From assembly GCA_000708835.1 (NCBI GenBank), contig DF237032.1, positions 160,792 to 224,791 of the forward strand: DNA of 64,000 nucleotides, in the 5' to 3' direction. Each line of letters opens with the position of its first letter. Positions within the stretch are counted from its first letter, which is position 1. Origin of the DNA: Klebsormidium nitens. Its lineage: Eukaryota; Plantae; Klebsormidiophyceae. Both the position numbers and the translations under genes were made by a program. Positions 39,984 to 51,712 of this stretch are shown one piece after another. The notes beneath the pieces are model-generated. The model saw only the letters and a list, made by a program, of their open reading frames with translations. It had not been told where the DNA came from and ran no database searches.

Positions 39984-42900
39984 ATGGGCCCAGTTCTTCT
40001 TGTTATTATTGTGTTCTTCAGCTCGTTACAAAGTGGTGGAGCGGACTATGTGGAGACCGCACCGCGCTCGGGAGCTCCGCTTCCCCCACCTATTCTCCCT
40101 GGTGAATGCCCCCTGATATTCTCTCCGGCAGACATCCAACAAGCAAAGCAGGTCTGTTCCTCAGGTGAGCTCGATTAACTTCATCGCTGCTGATGTCTTT
40201 CATGTGCTTCAAGGTGTGCAAGCTGCCGGACCGTTCTTCATCTGATGTGGACAGTGCACCGTTGGTAAAGCCTAGAGTCATCTTCTCACAAGGCCATGCC
40301 AACCAACTGTCTGGCAGAGTGTTGTGTGTTCTTGATCTGGTGGGAATTGCCGTCTTTTTTGTCTGACATTTTTCTTTAAGATGCTGTAGTTTGTTGCAGG
40401 CTTGGTTGTCTTTGGCCTTGCTCCATCGGCAGTACTCAAGAACTCACTCACAAGCTGCTATCATCTCTACGTTCAAGCTGTCCCTTCCAAAGCTCTTGCG
40501 TACTAGTTTGCTTTGCTTAAGCTCTGTCTCCTAGCATTGCTTCATTGTTTGGCACCCAGAAATTGATTTGTTGCACAGGCATGGTTGTTGTATGCTTGGC
40601 TGCGCACTATACCAGGTAGACTAGCTGGTTTCTGGTGAAGCGCCCCATAGGCCAGCGTGTCAGCAAGAAAAGTTCATCTGCCGGACACCTCTGCTGCAGG
40701 TTCCTCTGCTTGTTGTGGTCGCCTTAGAGCACTGCTTTTCCAGGGAAGGGTCAGATATGCAAACAGCACGGGGCGCCTGCTCCTACCACAGGCGGCCGCT
40801 GATGCATGCATTCAGGTATTGCGAATCTACCCGCTTCTTGTGTGCCAAAATCTAGCTTGTGACTACACATGATAGTCGCAGTATAAGATACCTGCGGGAG
40901 AGCACAGTTGCACTTTCAGAAGCACTGGAGCAATATTGCATGCCATTGACTGATCTTGCCAAGAGTGAGGCTAAGGTTAAGATGGAGGAAAATAAAAGCT
41001 GCAGCTTTGTGACAGGAGGTTTTGAGGTTTGCTCTGAATGTGTGATTGCACTCTCCTATTAGGCAACCGCTAATGCATAGGGTACAAAGGAGTTCTGGAA
41101 GCAACATATGCACAGCTTTTTTAAGCAGAACCTGATCAGTGTGGTCCTTCTGGCGTCAGATGAGCTGGACGCGACACACATCAGTGCTTTCCCACCGACA
41201 ACCGCAACAGCAGAACCATCTGTATTGGCAAAGCCGAAGTCCTAAGTGGTGCTCCAAGTCTTGATTCCTGATCCTTAGTGTTGGTTTATGTGTTGCAGAT
41301 GATTGACTCCTTTGTCACAACTGCTAAGATTTCAGTTGAGATCAGCTGTGACATCACAAGCGAAGTGCTCTCTGAGGACTCTGGAAAGGCATGCGGGAAC
41401 GACCTCACAACCGTGTACGACTTTTTCTCTGCCGCAAACCACACATATCCAGGTATATATGCCGAGTCACCAATCAGGATCTTGCAGTGGGTACAAGTCA
41501 TGTCTTCAAGTCACCAAACGAGTAATCCAATGCACAAGCTCAAGACCTTTGAGTAGCCTCTAGCTGGATTACCCTGGCTGATTCTGGCCTTTTCGGCCGG
41601 GGTCAAGATCATACTCATGTGAAATCCTTTAGCAAGGAGGCAAGAGCACATGCCAGCTCTTTGACAGAACCTGAATGTCAACTTCTTCTTGCATGAAGCC
41701 CTCAAAGCTGGCAGTTTCCGCAGAGAGGCTGCACATAACGTTTCACGCCGCTCTCCTTTGCCAGTCTGGATACCCCCCCCCGACTCTTTAAAGCCTGCAA
41801 TCTCCTGCTTTCTTTCTGTCTTGTCTTGAACATTCTCAATCGGGAGAGAGTTGCTGATTAATTGTCTGCATTGCAGGTTACATGGTCGGTTCAGGTTGCC
41901 ATGGGACCACCGACTGCAGTGTGTGTAACTCGCTGATTTCAGACAGGATTGTGTCGCTAGGCCGCGGAACGGGTGCACTTCTCAGCACGCCAGCTTGCCA
42001 GGGTGAGGTTGACACATGAGTTGGTTGCTTCCTGTTTCGCTCCAATCAACGAGACGCCGCTCCTCACACAGAACGTTTCATGGAGCTCAGCAAACTTGGT
42101 GTCAGCCAACCAGCAGAATTGGAACATACGCTGCAAGTCATACTGGACAAGGGATGAGCATTCCGAAGCCCGAAACGACAAAGTCCCACCTTGCTTGCAA
42201 CAAGTCGAGAACATTGACATAAAGGTTGTACAGGATACCGGATCAGCTTAGGAGGTGGAAGCACCCAGCTTGAGGCCGTGCGATACCTCCTGCTTGTGTG
42301 ACAAATGATGGGTCAGAAGTCTTCTTCAATGAGGAACAGCTTAACCTTGAACAATTAACATTGTTTCTAAGTGGCGAGACGCCCTCGCTTTACTTTCCGA
42401 CCAGGGTCAAATGTTCACTTTGGTTGCCTGAGCGAGACTAGCTTGACCTGGGACAGCCAGCCTAACCAGGCCTCTGGACCAGACGTATCAAACGTACCAA
42501 ACCATACCCAGGCCGTTCTAGCATTCTATATGTTTTATCTTTGAAGTAGCTCCGAAGCTCTTAAGCAAGCACCTTCGGCTTATTGATAACAGCTTTGTCT
42601 CCAGGCATCTTTACTTTGTATTACTTCTCTACAAAAACCACATCAAACCTGCTCGTCCCGCTTTCATTCCCCTTGCTGCAGGCCTAGCTCAAGTTGCCAT
42701 GACTGCGGCCGCTTATCCTGTCATCATCGCCAACAGCATGGCCCGATGTCTCCACCAAGTCGACATCAAGCCCGTCACCCTCGCACCAAAGTGCACCATA
42801 TGGGATTGGAACACTATCAACTTTACCTCGGCGGTCCTCAGTTGCGGCCCTCAACAGATTCGGGCTGACCGTTGTTGCAACCTGATCCTGGGGATGTATG

Positions 42901-44636
42901 GGCAGGTGCATAGTGTTTACCTAAACCGTACCGGGCACGGGCTCATTGATGTAAGTTCACCCATTTTCCTCTCAGGCTATTTGAAATTTAAGTTCAGGCT
43001 TTAAACTGTGTAGTCCTTCAAGCTATAAGTGCACACCTCCATGCGCTCTATCCGTAGCGAACAGGGAACGGGCTGACCGACGTACGCCCCCACGTCCCTT
43101 TTCCTACCAACTTGATTTCCAGTCCGTTTGACCTAAAAGTCTGAAAGCGGAGCGTTAAAGCACAGTCCTGAGCGTTGATCACAAACTTATCAGCCCTGTG
43201 AGAACGACGCTCTTCCTAGTCTTTTTAAATCCAAGCACTCGTTGTGTCCAACCAGCAGCAGCTCTAGGCTCACAAAAGTCTCCGTTGCGATGTCCAGGTC
43301 TATGCCGAGCTAAGCTCTTTCCGGTCTTTTTTCTTCGAAATGAGATCTCAGATCTCAGGTCTCAGCACTTAGTAAGTGCTGAGATGATTCCAAAAGGCAC
43401 TTTCCTAGATTGGTTCGGATTTCTCCGGTCGTGCCCTTTTTCGCATGTGCTGTTCTTACTTCCGCTAATCGCTTGTCAGCTTTTAGCGAGCCGCACAAGC
43501 AGCTTGCATTCCGCACTTTCCTGCTGATGCGACCATCGATTTTCCTTCGGATCCTGCTTTTCATCTCGTTATGTTGCATGCCTGCGGTCCAGTCTGAAAA
43601 CCTCATGTACAGCTTGAAGGCTCGAAGTTTCAAACTGTATCTACGTATACTCATCGCAACGCTCTACACGTTTGTTGCCTTGATACACCCATTGCCTCAT
43701 GTTGCGTGTGAATTCGCTCTCCCCCCATTATAACCTCAACACTTGACTCAAACCTTCCTCCGCTGTTCTTTTCAGGCCCAAGCCACGGCCTGCGCATCCG
43801 AACTCAAGGCCCAGCTGGCTGCTCGGGGCGTCAACCCGGCCGCCCCGGACAAGTGTCTCATCAATCCCACCCTGACCCTCCACGGCTACGGCTGCTACAA
43901 CTACACCACACTCCTTCAGCGCGCCCCTTCCCGCATTTACGAGCAGTTAGAGACGGTGTGCAATCCAGCGACTAGCGATTGCACCCAGTGCAAGCCGACC
44001 TTCTTTTCAGTGGCTGACGAACTGGCCAACACAACGAGTGTCCAATACCTGAACTTGTGTATGTTTAGTTTCGGAATGCAGTACTATGGTGGTTTCCCGA
44101 CTCTGGAGGAGATCACGCCGCGGCTGAATTGCTACTACCGCTTTCCCCCGGGCTTAGAGCTGGGCATTGCCGAGCCCCCATCGAGCAAGAACCATCAGCA
44201 AATCGCCCTCATAGCAGGACTGATGGCGGCGAGTGCCTTAATGCTAGTCGCTGCTTCGGCCGTCGCATTACTGCTCTGGAAGCGTCGCTCTCTTCACAAT
44301 GGGGACACGAAAACGCTAGGCCGAATGTCGTCGTTGAAAGAACGGGCGAACGAGCGGGGACTTAAGAAATTCAGCCGGAGGCAGCTGCGGCAAGCTACCG
44401 GAGACTTTGACGAGAGCCGCGTGGTGGGAAGAGGGGGCTCGGGAAAAGTCTACGTGGGGCTGCTGAATGGGGAGACTGTGGCGATCAAGGAGGCGTCATT
44501 CTCGTCCGTCAAGAATGGGGCGAAGGTGAGAGCTGTGCAACAGGAATCCTGTCTCGAGAAAAGATCTCCGAAGCTCAGAATTTCACCAAGTACTGATCGT
44601 ACAGAGCGGAATGATTCTGAGGGTTTTGCAATGTGA
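39984..44636 (+). CDS. Receptor-like protein: signal peptide, two SPARK-like Cys-rich domains, TM helix, then a kinase fragment (subdomains I-II only)
   Basis: Phase-consistent exons 39984-40164, 40700-40815, 41299-41452, 41877-41972, 42682-42950, 43776-44525 (unspliced stop at 44636). Two units carry CPL/CTI..C..CC..RYANSTG/YLNRTG..AC..C..C..CxxC..C. TM IALIAGLMAASALMLVAASAVALLLW-KRR is followed by KKFSRRQLRQATGDFDESRVVGRGGSGKVYVGLLNGETVAIK. I found no downstream kinase exons. Confidence 0.8.
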
Positions 44637-45827
44637 GTCGTGACAGACGAAGGTATAGTTTCATAGGCGCAGAAATGACACGTTCAGAATGATCAAGTGA
44701 GACAAACGTAGGCAACGATCCTGTGGTTTGGACGATTGGCCTTCATATCAGGCCCCACTCGACAAGTGGCAACGAAGGCTGTCTTTCGCAAGGAACTTCT
44801 TCCAACTTTGTAAACGCGACAAAGATCGTGCCGTTGATTTTATTCCAAATCGTGTAGAGTGAATCCGTGCGATTGCTCGAGACTCACGTGTAAGTTAATA
44901 TTGAGCATTTCAGTTGACATTCTGATACGGCTATCATTGTTTAACAGCGTCGACGTTAAAAAACAATCACTAAGATCCGCGTTTGCACTCTGTAGAGGTT
45001 CCAGGCTGCAAACGTAGGCTAGTGCCCAACTAAGTGTGTAGGAAAAGTCTAGTTGTGAAGTCAAGTTTCTATCGAAGCAGGAAGCGAGTCAAGTCCCCGT
45101 CAAGTCACAGTCAGGTGGTCAAGTAGGGACTCACATGCTTATTGACATTTCCACTTTATAAATAGGTGCCAGATCGAGGCCCAATTGGACCGCGTTGCTT
45201 CTTCAGAAGTTCCCAGTTTGCGAGGGACTGACAGGCTAACAATCATGCCCACGAGCAGGCTTTGCTGATTTGCCGGGATGGATTCTCCGCGATTGACAGC
45301 ATACTTATCTGCCTGGTTCATGAATAAGTGTTCTCCTCGCTCTTAATAGTGCTACTTCCTTGGCAATCCGATTGCCTGCAAATCTTGACCGCAGTCGATG
45401 CCAATGAGTCACGTACTATATAGCGGCCTGAATCCAACGCGTTGGATCCAGGCGCGTAGGCCAAGAAGACAATGACAAGCTGCCTGCTCTGTGTCAATAT
45501 ACCCCGGTTTTGAGGATTGGACAATTCAAAAGGATAGATTCTGAATTTAGGAAAGTGTTCGCCCTCCATTATGCCGCGCGAGCAGCCGCAAACTTAAACG
45601 CTGCCGAGTGGGGGAACGCCACCAGAAAGCACCCCGGAACCAATTGCAGCCCCGGGGCATACCCCACTCAATCAATTCTTGAAGTACTGTAACACTGAGA
45701 GTATTACTTCTCAACATCCAATATGCATTCAAGAGGCACTACCATACGACCCGGACTACTTCGGTTCTCGAAACGCTGATCCAATGGCAGCGCGTTCGTC
45801 CTTTATGCTACACCCATTGCCTTGATT

Positions 45828-48800
45828 CTAAGGGCGACCAATGAAATCCTGGACCATGAGACGACGTCCGAGACGGTGACTCTGGAAGTTTCCGTTTTGT
45901 AGAGTCGCGCCCATTTCTTCTAAAGCATTGGCTTCGAGGACTTTGTCGTCGGAAGCCTGTCGAACAAGATTCGAGCTCAAGTCAGCACTGACGAAAAGAA
46001 TCTACAATCCTTTGTTGACAAGCCCGACTAGCCTGATGCAGTGCTTTCAAAGGCGGGTTATCCAAATTCTTCGCGAGCGATCATTTCATTCACAAAAAAC
46101 AAGCATTTCATGACGCGAAAAGTGGAGAAAGCTGGATGGAAAACGGAGGGAGAACCCGTGAGTCTTTAACCGGTAGAAACGATCGAGCTACGAAATGCAC
46201 AAGAAGCACTGAAGGCATTTAGAAATCCTTGACTCCCATCTGTGACATCACAAATTAGACGAGCGCGTCGAAGAGCTCGGTAACCTACCATGTTGTAGCG
46301 GTTGAAGATGCAGTCGGTTGAAGTCACGCCGGACGTCTCGTAGTCCGCATTCACGCCCTCCACATATTCGCGAAGGAGGAAGCCGTCGAGCGTTTCCGTA
46401 GCCGAGCGCGCTTCCTCTGCGCCGGGAGCAAACATTTGGCCCAGGAACTGGGCAGGGCAAAGCGAGTAGAGCTGAGGCGAGCGCAAAGCAGATTGATTCG
46501 AGACACTTGAGCTTAGCAGGAGTCGTTATCAGGCAGGTAGACGGTAAGCAGAGCTTTTCGTGGTGTAGAAATGGAGGGCTGATTGATCTGTTGACCCGTT
46601 TCAGCGCATCCGCTCCGTTGTAGGGCCCACATGTGACCGAAGGGATCTCACAGGTACGTCCGATCAGATGCGAAGAGCAATTGAGCGGCCTACAACGGCA
46701 TGTCCTGAAGCAAAGGGGAAGGACTCAAGGTTCCGCCAAATCGGCCATCCACGGTTTGAGATGCATGACGCATATTCAAGCGGACAGCAGAAGCGAATAA
46801 GAAGATTGGCCGCCTGCTCTGTACCGCCGCCGATCTTCCGAACTACTTGAAGTGGAACGGCCTGAACTTCTACATGTATCCGAAGCATTTCAACTCATCG
46901 CGGCTCTGCATGTTGTTCCACTTGAGTGGATACCTCTCCTAAAGTCAGGTCACTTTCCTCACCTTGACAACACTAAAAGCATCTTGAAAGCTCACAAAAA
47001 AACCGCTCGTAAACCAACTCACCATGCTGCTCGGCAGCGCAAAGTCGTTTCACCGACTAAGTTTTGGTATCTGTGAGCTCAAAATTCACGTGCAAGACCT
47101 GCCTTCCGCCCGTTCCGCATCAAAAAGCAGGTAGTTTAACCCTGATTATCATAGAAGGAAACAATTCTGGAAAGAGATGCGAGGATGCTCACTCCGTGTA
47201 CTTCCGCACCGACCACAATCCTCTTGAAGTCAAAGTTGAGAAAGTAGACGGGCGGGTCAGTAATGATGTCTTCTTCGACTTCTGCTTCCAGCTCCATTTC
47301 GAGAACGTCCGGAACAATCACGAGCAGGGCGTTCGGACGTCCGGCGACGCGGCTGACGCTCGCGAAGCTGTCAGTGCTGCGCCAGATGGTGGAGCCCGTG
47401 GCCTGGAGAGAAATTCTGCCGAATATGATCCGACTTCCAAAAAAACATCTATTTAATCTCTTGATTTTCAAAGGTGAAGTATCGCGCGCGAACTGAGTTT
47501 CTTAGAAGCCCTAAGAGATCTGGTCGATGGCCCTAAATTTCCCCGTTGCCCAGAAAGACCCTTGTACGTGCTTTCACGTTCAGCTAGAAGATGGAGTCCG
47601 CTGGACTGAAGTACGAGTTGCTGGAAAGAGGTGACTCCGTACTCTGAAAGAGACCGGGGGCAGAAGGAGATTCATTTCAGAAGTCATTTCATTGAATCCT
47701 CTCTGATGACTTATTCTCCAAATTGTCCAGCCACTCTCACTCAGGTAGTAAAAGCTCAGTCCCAGCGGCACTAAACCCTATAGTTTTGACACAGGGAAAG
47801 CATCGGCTGTTCACCTGAGCCGAATTCAAAACAATCGTTGGATCCCCGTTGAAGGTCAATATGAAGGGAAGCTCTCCGCCAACTTGTGCAACTAACTGGT
47901 CCAGCTCAATCGTAAGTCTCTGCTGCTCCTCATCATGATCGATGTACATTATCCCAAGGGCCGACATCCACGTGCCTTCTTGAAATAGTGCCACGTCTTC
48001 GCCTGGCTGAGAGGCCACTGTAGTGCCTGGGGGAAGACCGGACATGTGGACATTCACCTGGAAAGAAAGAGAGTTCAGAGAGCTTGAATAGCAACTTCAG
48101 CCTTCCAGATCTATGGATATTGATGTATATTGACGTGATATCGACATTGCAAGTAACAAGAAAACGAAACGGTTCACCGGCATGTCTTCACTTGGATCCG
48201 GTGAATCTTTGCTGCGCGCATTTCCCCCACTACGCTATCAACAGTAGCCATAATCAGGCTGATGACAGTGTACAAAGCCAATGTCCTGTGGAGTCGCTTA
48301 TCTGTTCCAAGGCGAGCCCAATCTTAGTGTCAGCAGCTTGCAGGCCGGTTTGGCAACTGTTTTGGTGCGAGTTTTGCGGAAAGACACCTGGCTCGAGCTC
48401 ATAGCTTTTCATCCTCGTTGCATTCTTCCCAAGTGCTTCTGCTTACCGTATCAAAAGAGCAGATATAATAGTCACCCTTGCTTTTTGCAAGTGGAAAAGA
48501 TGTGAATCTTGTGACTCACCTGCAGGCGCCTGTCTGAGACCATACAGTAGCTCTTGTCCTTCTCTCCGTCGAAGTCGAAAGTGAGACTCTCTCGACCATT
48601 GCGCCTCACTATGAAGTGTGACTCCAAAGCGTCCGTTGCTCCGAGAATGGCGCCTGCAACAATATGTACAAAGCAATTCAGAAGGGTTAAAGAAGGGTTT
48701 GGTTTTATAACGTCGTCCTTTCTGCTGGTAGCATAAACCAAATTAGAGAATACAAGCATATCCTAGTAGCGCGAAAGCCACCATGTCAATATCTTTACGG

Positions 48801-49186
48801 ATCAACGCGAATCGTACGAGGCTGGTTGACTGGAGTGCAGTTGTTAAGGATAAAATTGCACCAGATAAGGACATCTCGCAATGTGGCCACGAGAGTGATT
48901 GACACAGCAGGGAAGTGTCTCAGAACTCAAGTCTCCCCCTGATGAGCGGAGACATGGTCGAAAACAAAAAGAAGTTAGAAAGCTTGCCAGGACCGCAAAG
49001 AGAAGCTCCGCCTATTCTCTTGGTGAAGGCCGGCTCAGATGGTCTTGTCATGCATGAAATTCAGGAACTCTTCTGAAACATTTCAACAAAGAGTATTGAA
49101 GACGACGATTCATCACCTTTTGCAGCGCGGAAGTGCACCATAATCACGAAGAGCATCAGGCTGATGGCCGCAGCAGATGGATTCAT
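45828..49186 (-). CDS. Secreted Root_cap-domain (VWD-like) protein (6 exons, ~314 aa)
   Basis: Phase-consistent exons 49186-49117 (signal peptide MNPSAAAISLMLFVIMVHFRAAKG), 48653-48520, 48057-47815, 47402-47193, 46447-46289, 45956-45828. FDFDGEKDKSYCMVSDRRLQVNVHM, TWMSALGIMY, FLNFDFK..EVHGFLGQMF and DYETSGVTSTDCIFNRY parallel the root-cap family motifs FYFHGKKDQDFCLVSD.LHINAHF, TWIQALGI, LDLGFKF..VHGVLGQTY and Y..SDIFATDC.VARF, which I recalled from memory. Confidence 0.8.
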
Positions 49187-51712
49187 CCTTCCACGATGCC
49201 TTCCGAGGAGAGCCATAGCTCCCTCTGGCTGCAATCAACAGCAGCTCAGATTCCTGATCGAATGGGAGCTCCAGCACCGGTCGGCTTTACGGCTCTTCCT
49301 CTGATGAGAAGCCCTTGTATCAGAAACAGCAACCGCGTGCAAAGAAGCAGCAAAGCTGGAGGGGGACGCAGATTGACATTGCAGATGACACTTCGCCAGG
49401 TTCTACCCGCTTTCAATCGTCGTCTTTTACGTTTACAGGAACATCTGTACGGTCATAGTCATCTCCTGTACGTTTGATTTGTTTTTGTACGTTCTTAGTT
49501 ATTGTGTAATATCAAGGTCAGCTTTCACGTTCACAGGCCGCCCGCGGTCAGGGTAGCCTTTCTGAAAAGATTCAGCGGGTTCAACTGACCCCAGGCCCAA
49601 ACGCTACATTACTTCTGTCTTCACAAGAATGCGCCTTTTCCTGTTTCTTCTGGTATGTATCCTTGTTCTTCGGAGCTAACTGGCGCTTGCAGTGTTCAGA
49701 TCTGGATTAGATTCTCTGTACGCACTCTTGATATAACTTTAAAAAGTCGCGAGCTTTTCTCATCACTGTAACCTGGTACGAAGTTCTTGATCCGTCCCAG
49801 GTCAAGGTACTTATTACCAACGTGATCAGGAAAGAACTATGTGCCTATGATTTGCATCAGAAAGGCTCAATCGAAACTTGCGGAATCGGTCGAAGCCATC
49901 CGCAAGAAAGACCGCAAGGTGCAGGCTTGCATCTCCGGCATCCTCGCCATGATGTGACTGCATACTGATCAAAGGTCTCAGAAGAGGGAAAATGCCACAT
50001 GGACCTTGAAGCACGCCCCTCTTTCAGAGGGCTTGAGTCAGCACCGGCTGGAAAGGTACCATACCGCACATGCTAGCTCCCTGAGGTTGGTACGTACCCT
50101 GATGATCACGTGGATCAGCCCAAGCTTAGCCGAGCACTCCAATGGATAGAACGATCTGATCTGCGATCGAGTGGGTCTTCAGCCCCTCCGGTTGATGCGG
50201 ACGTCCTAACTTGATGTGACAGGTAATTTCGCGGTGCAGGCTTTCGCTATGCAAATGCCGTACGTTTGGTTGCATGGTACTAGCGCAGGCTTTTGATTGA
50301 GCAAAGCCATGCGGAGCCCGAAATCTTAGTGGGATGCGAGCGTCATCTGCTAATCATCGTGGAGGTTCCGAGCCTTGTCAAAAGGTTTTCTGCCCCAGTC
50401 ACGACGGGGGCACAAGACCTCTTGTAGGAGCTTCAGATAATTAGAGCGCGTGGCTGAGTTTGCACGTCACTTGAGCACCCCTGACTCAGTGACAGAGCCT
50501 GGCAAGCTGTTGACGGTAGTCTGGTGCAGGCCAGTCACAGCACGCGTCTGAGCTCATGAAAGCAGTCCGCCTATAAAGTCTTCGGCGCCCCGCCCGTTAT
50601 TATACCCGCACAGGGTTTACTAAGTACGTTCAATCGCTCACGTACTGAGCTTCGGGTTTCGATCATTCTTGCTAGCTCAAATATACAGCCTAGAATGCCT
50701 TCAGTGATCCGGCAAAGACAGCTCATATGAAAGGAAGCACAGTAGCTCTGTAGCTACTGAGATTCACGAGCTGAGGGGTTCCCGCGACCATGACACACTC
50801 CGTTTGTGCGTGTATGCAGCTCTCAACAATTTGACGTGAATTTGCACGATCCTAGGTTGCTGCAATCTTGGATCAACTGCTGTCAAGCTGTACCGCTTTC
50901 ATTATATGATCACATGCATGTGCATGATCATTCGAACCGGGCGGACGGTCTCAGTGCGCGCGTGCTTACTGTGATCGAGGCGAGCATATGCGGCAATCGG
51001 CCCGCCCGCGGCCCAGTTAGGAGAGTATGCGAACAGTCGCGCCCCATGCATGTGGCACTGAGAATATGCAATTTCGCTAAGCCAGACAGCAGCGCGTCTG
51101 GTACACAAATGACATATTGGTTATCCCGCTGCATATCACAATCTGCAGTGAGCGTCCGACTTAGTGTCGATTTCAGCGATACACACCGCACATTTTGAGA
51201 AGACATTGATGCCTAGGTAAACAATACAGAAAGTCTGCTTAACGTTGTTAAGTAAGAGCTCAAAGTCTGCTACATAGTCCCTTCGTTAAACTTGCTGCGG
51301 AACCTTAATCAACGCTTATTATTGGTCCGACAATCGATTTCGACCGTACTTGCCACCCGGCATATGCACTGCATGTGCTCGTAACTTGGTCCGTTTACCA
51401 ACGACCGATTTAAAGCGGGCCAAAATCACCCAAGTAACTAGCGGCCCGTAATTCATGTATATCCACACGACCTCCCTTCACCTCTCATACCCATCTGTAC
51501 CTCCCTGTCCCTTCGCACGACGTACATACAATAACGTGATTAAACGCATACTATACAGATCACCACCATCAGAACTACTCTTCAGTACCTCCTCGAATCA
51601 ACAATCCCAACCCCGTTCCATCCTCCTCAGATGCTCCGCTTCGGCGGGAAGACCGCCGGCACCAAAACTCGTCAACGAAACGCCATGCGGATCCTCTCGG
51701 TTCTCAGCCCCT

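Noticed and set aside
45510-45692. EFRKVFALHYAAR segment as a possible kinase subdomain III or ankyrin exon of the receptor
   Set aside because: No phase-0 acceptor, no HxNLV or later kinase motifs, and it ends in a stop.
49600-50400. Scattered plus-strand splice-like signals and a short helical-looking ORF (KAQSKLAESVEAIRKKDRK)
   Set aside because: I could not assemble a phase-consistent model; the candidate intron is only 40 nt and stops are frequent.
50910-50925. CACATGCATGTG palindrome (RY-like element)
   Set aside because: Short and isolated, not tied to an identified promoter.
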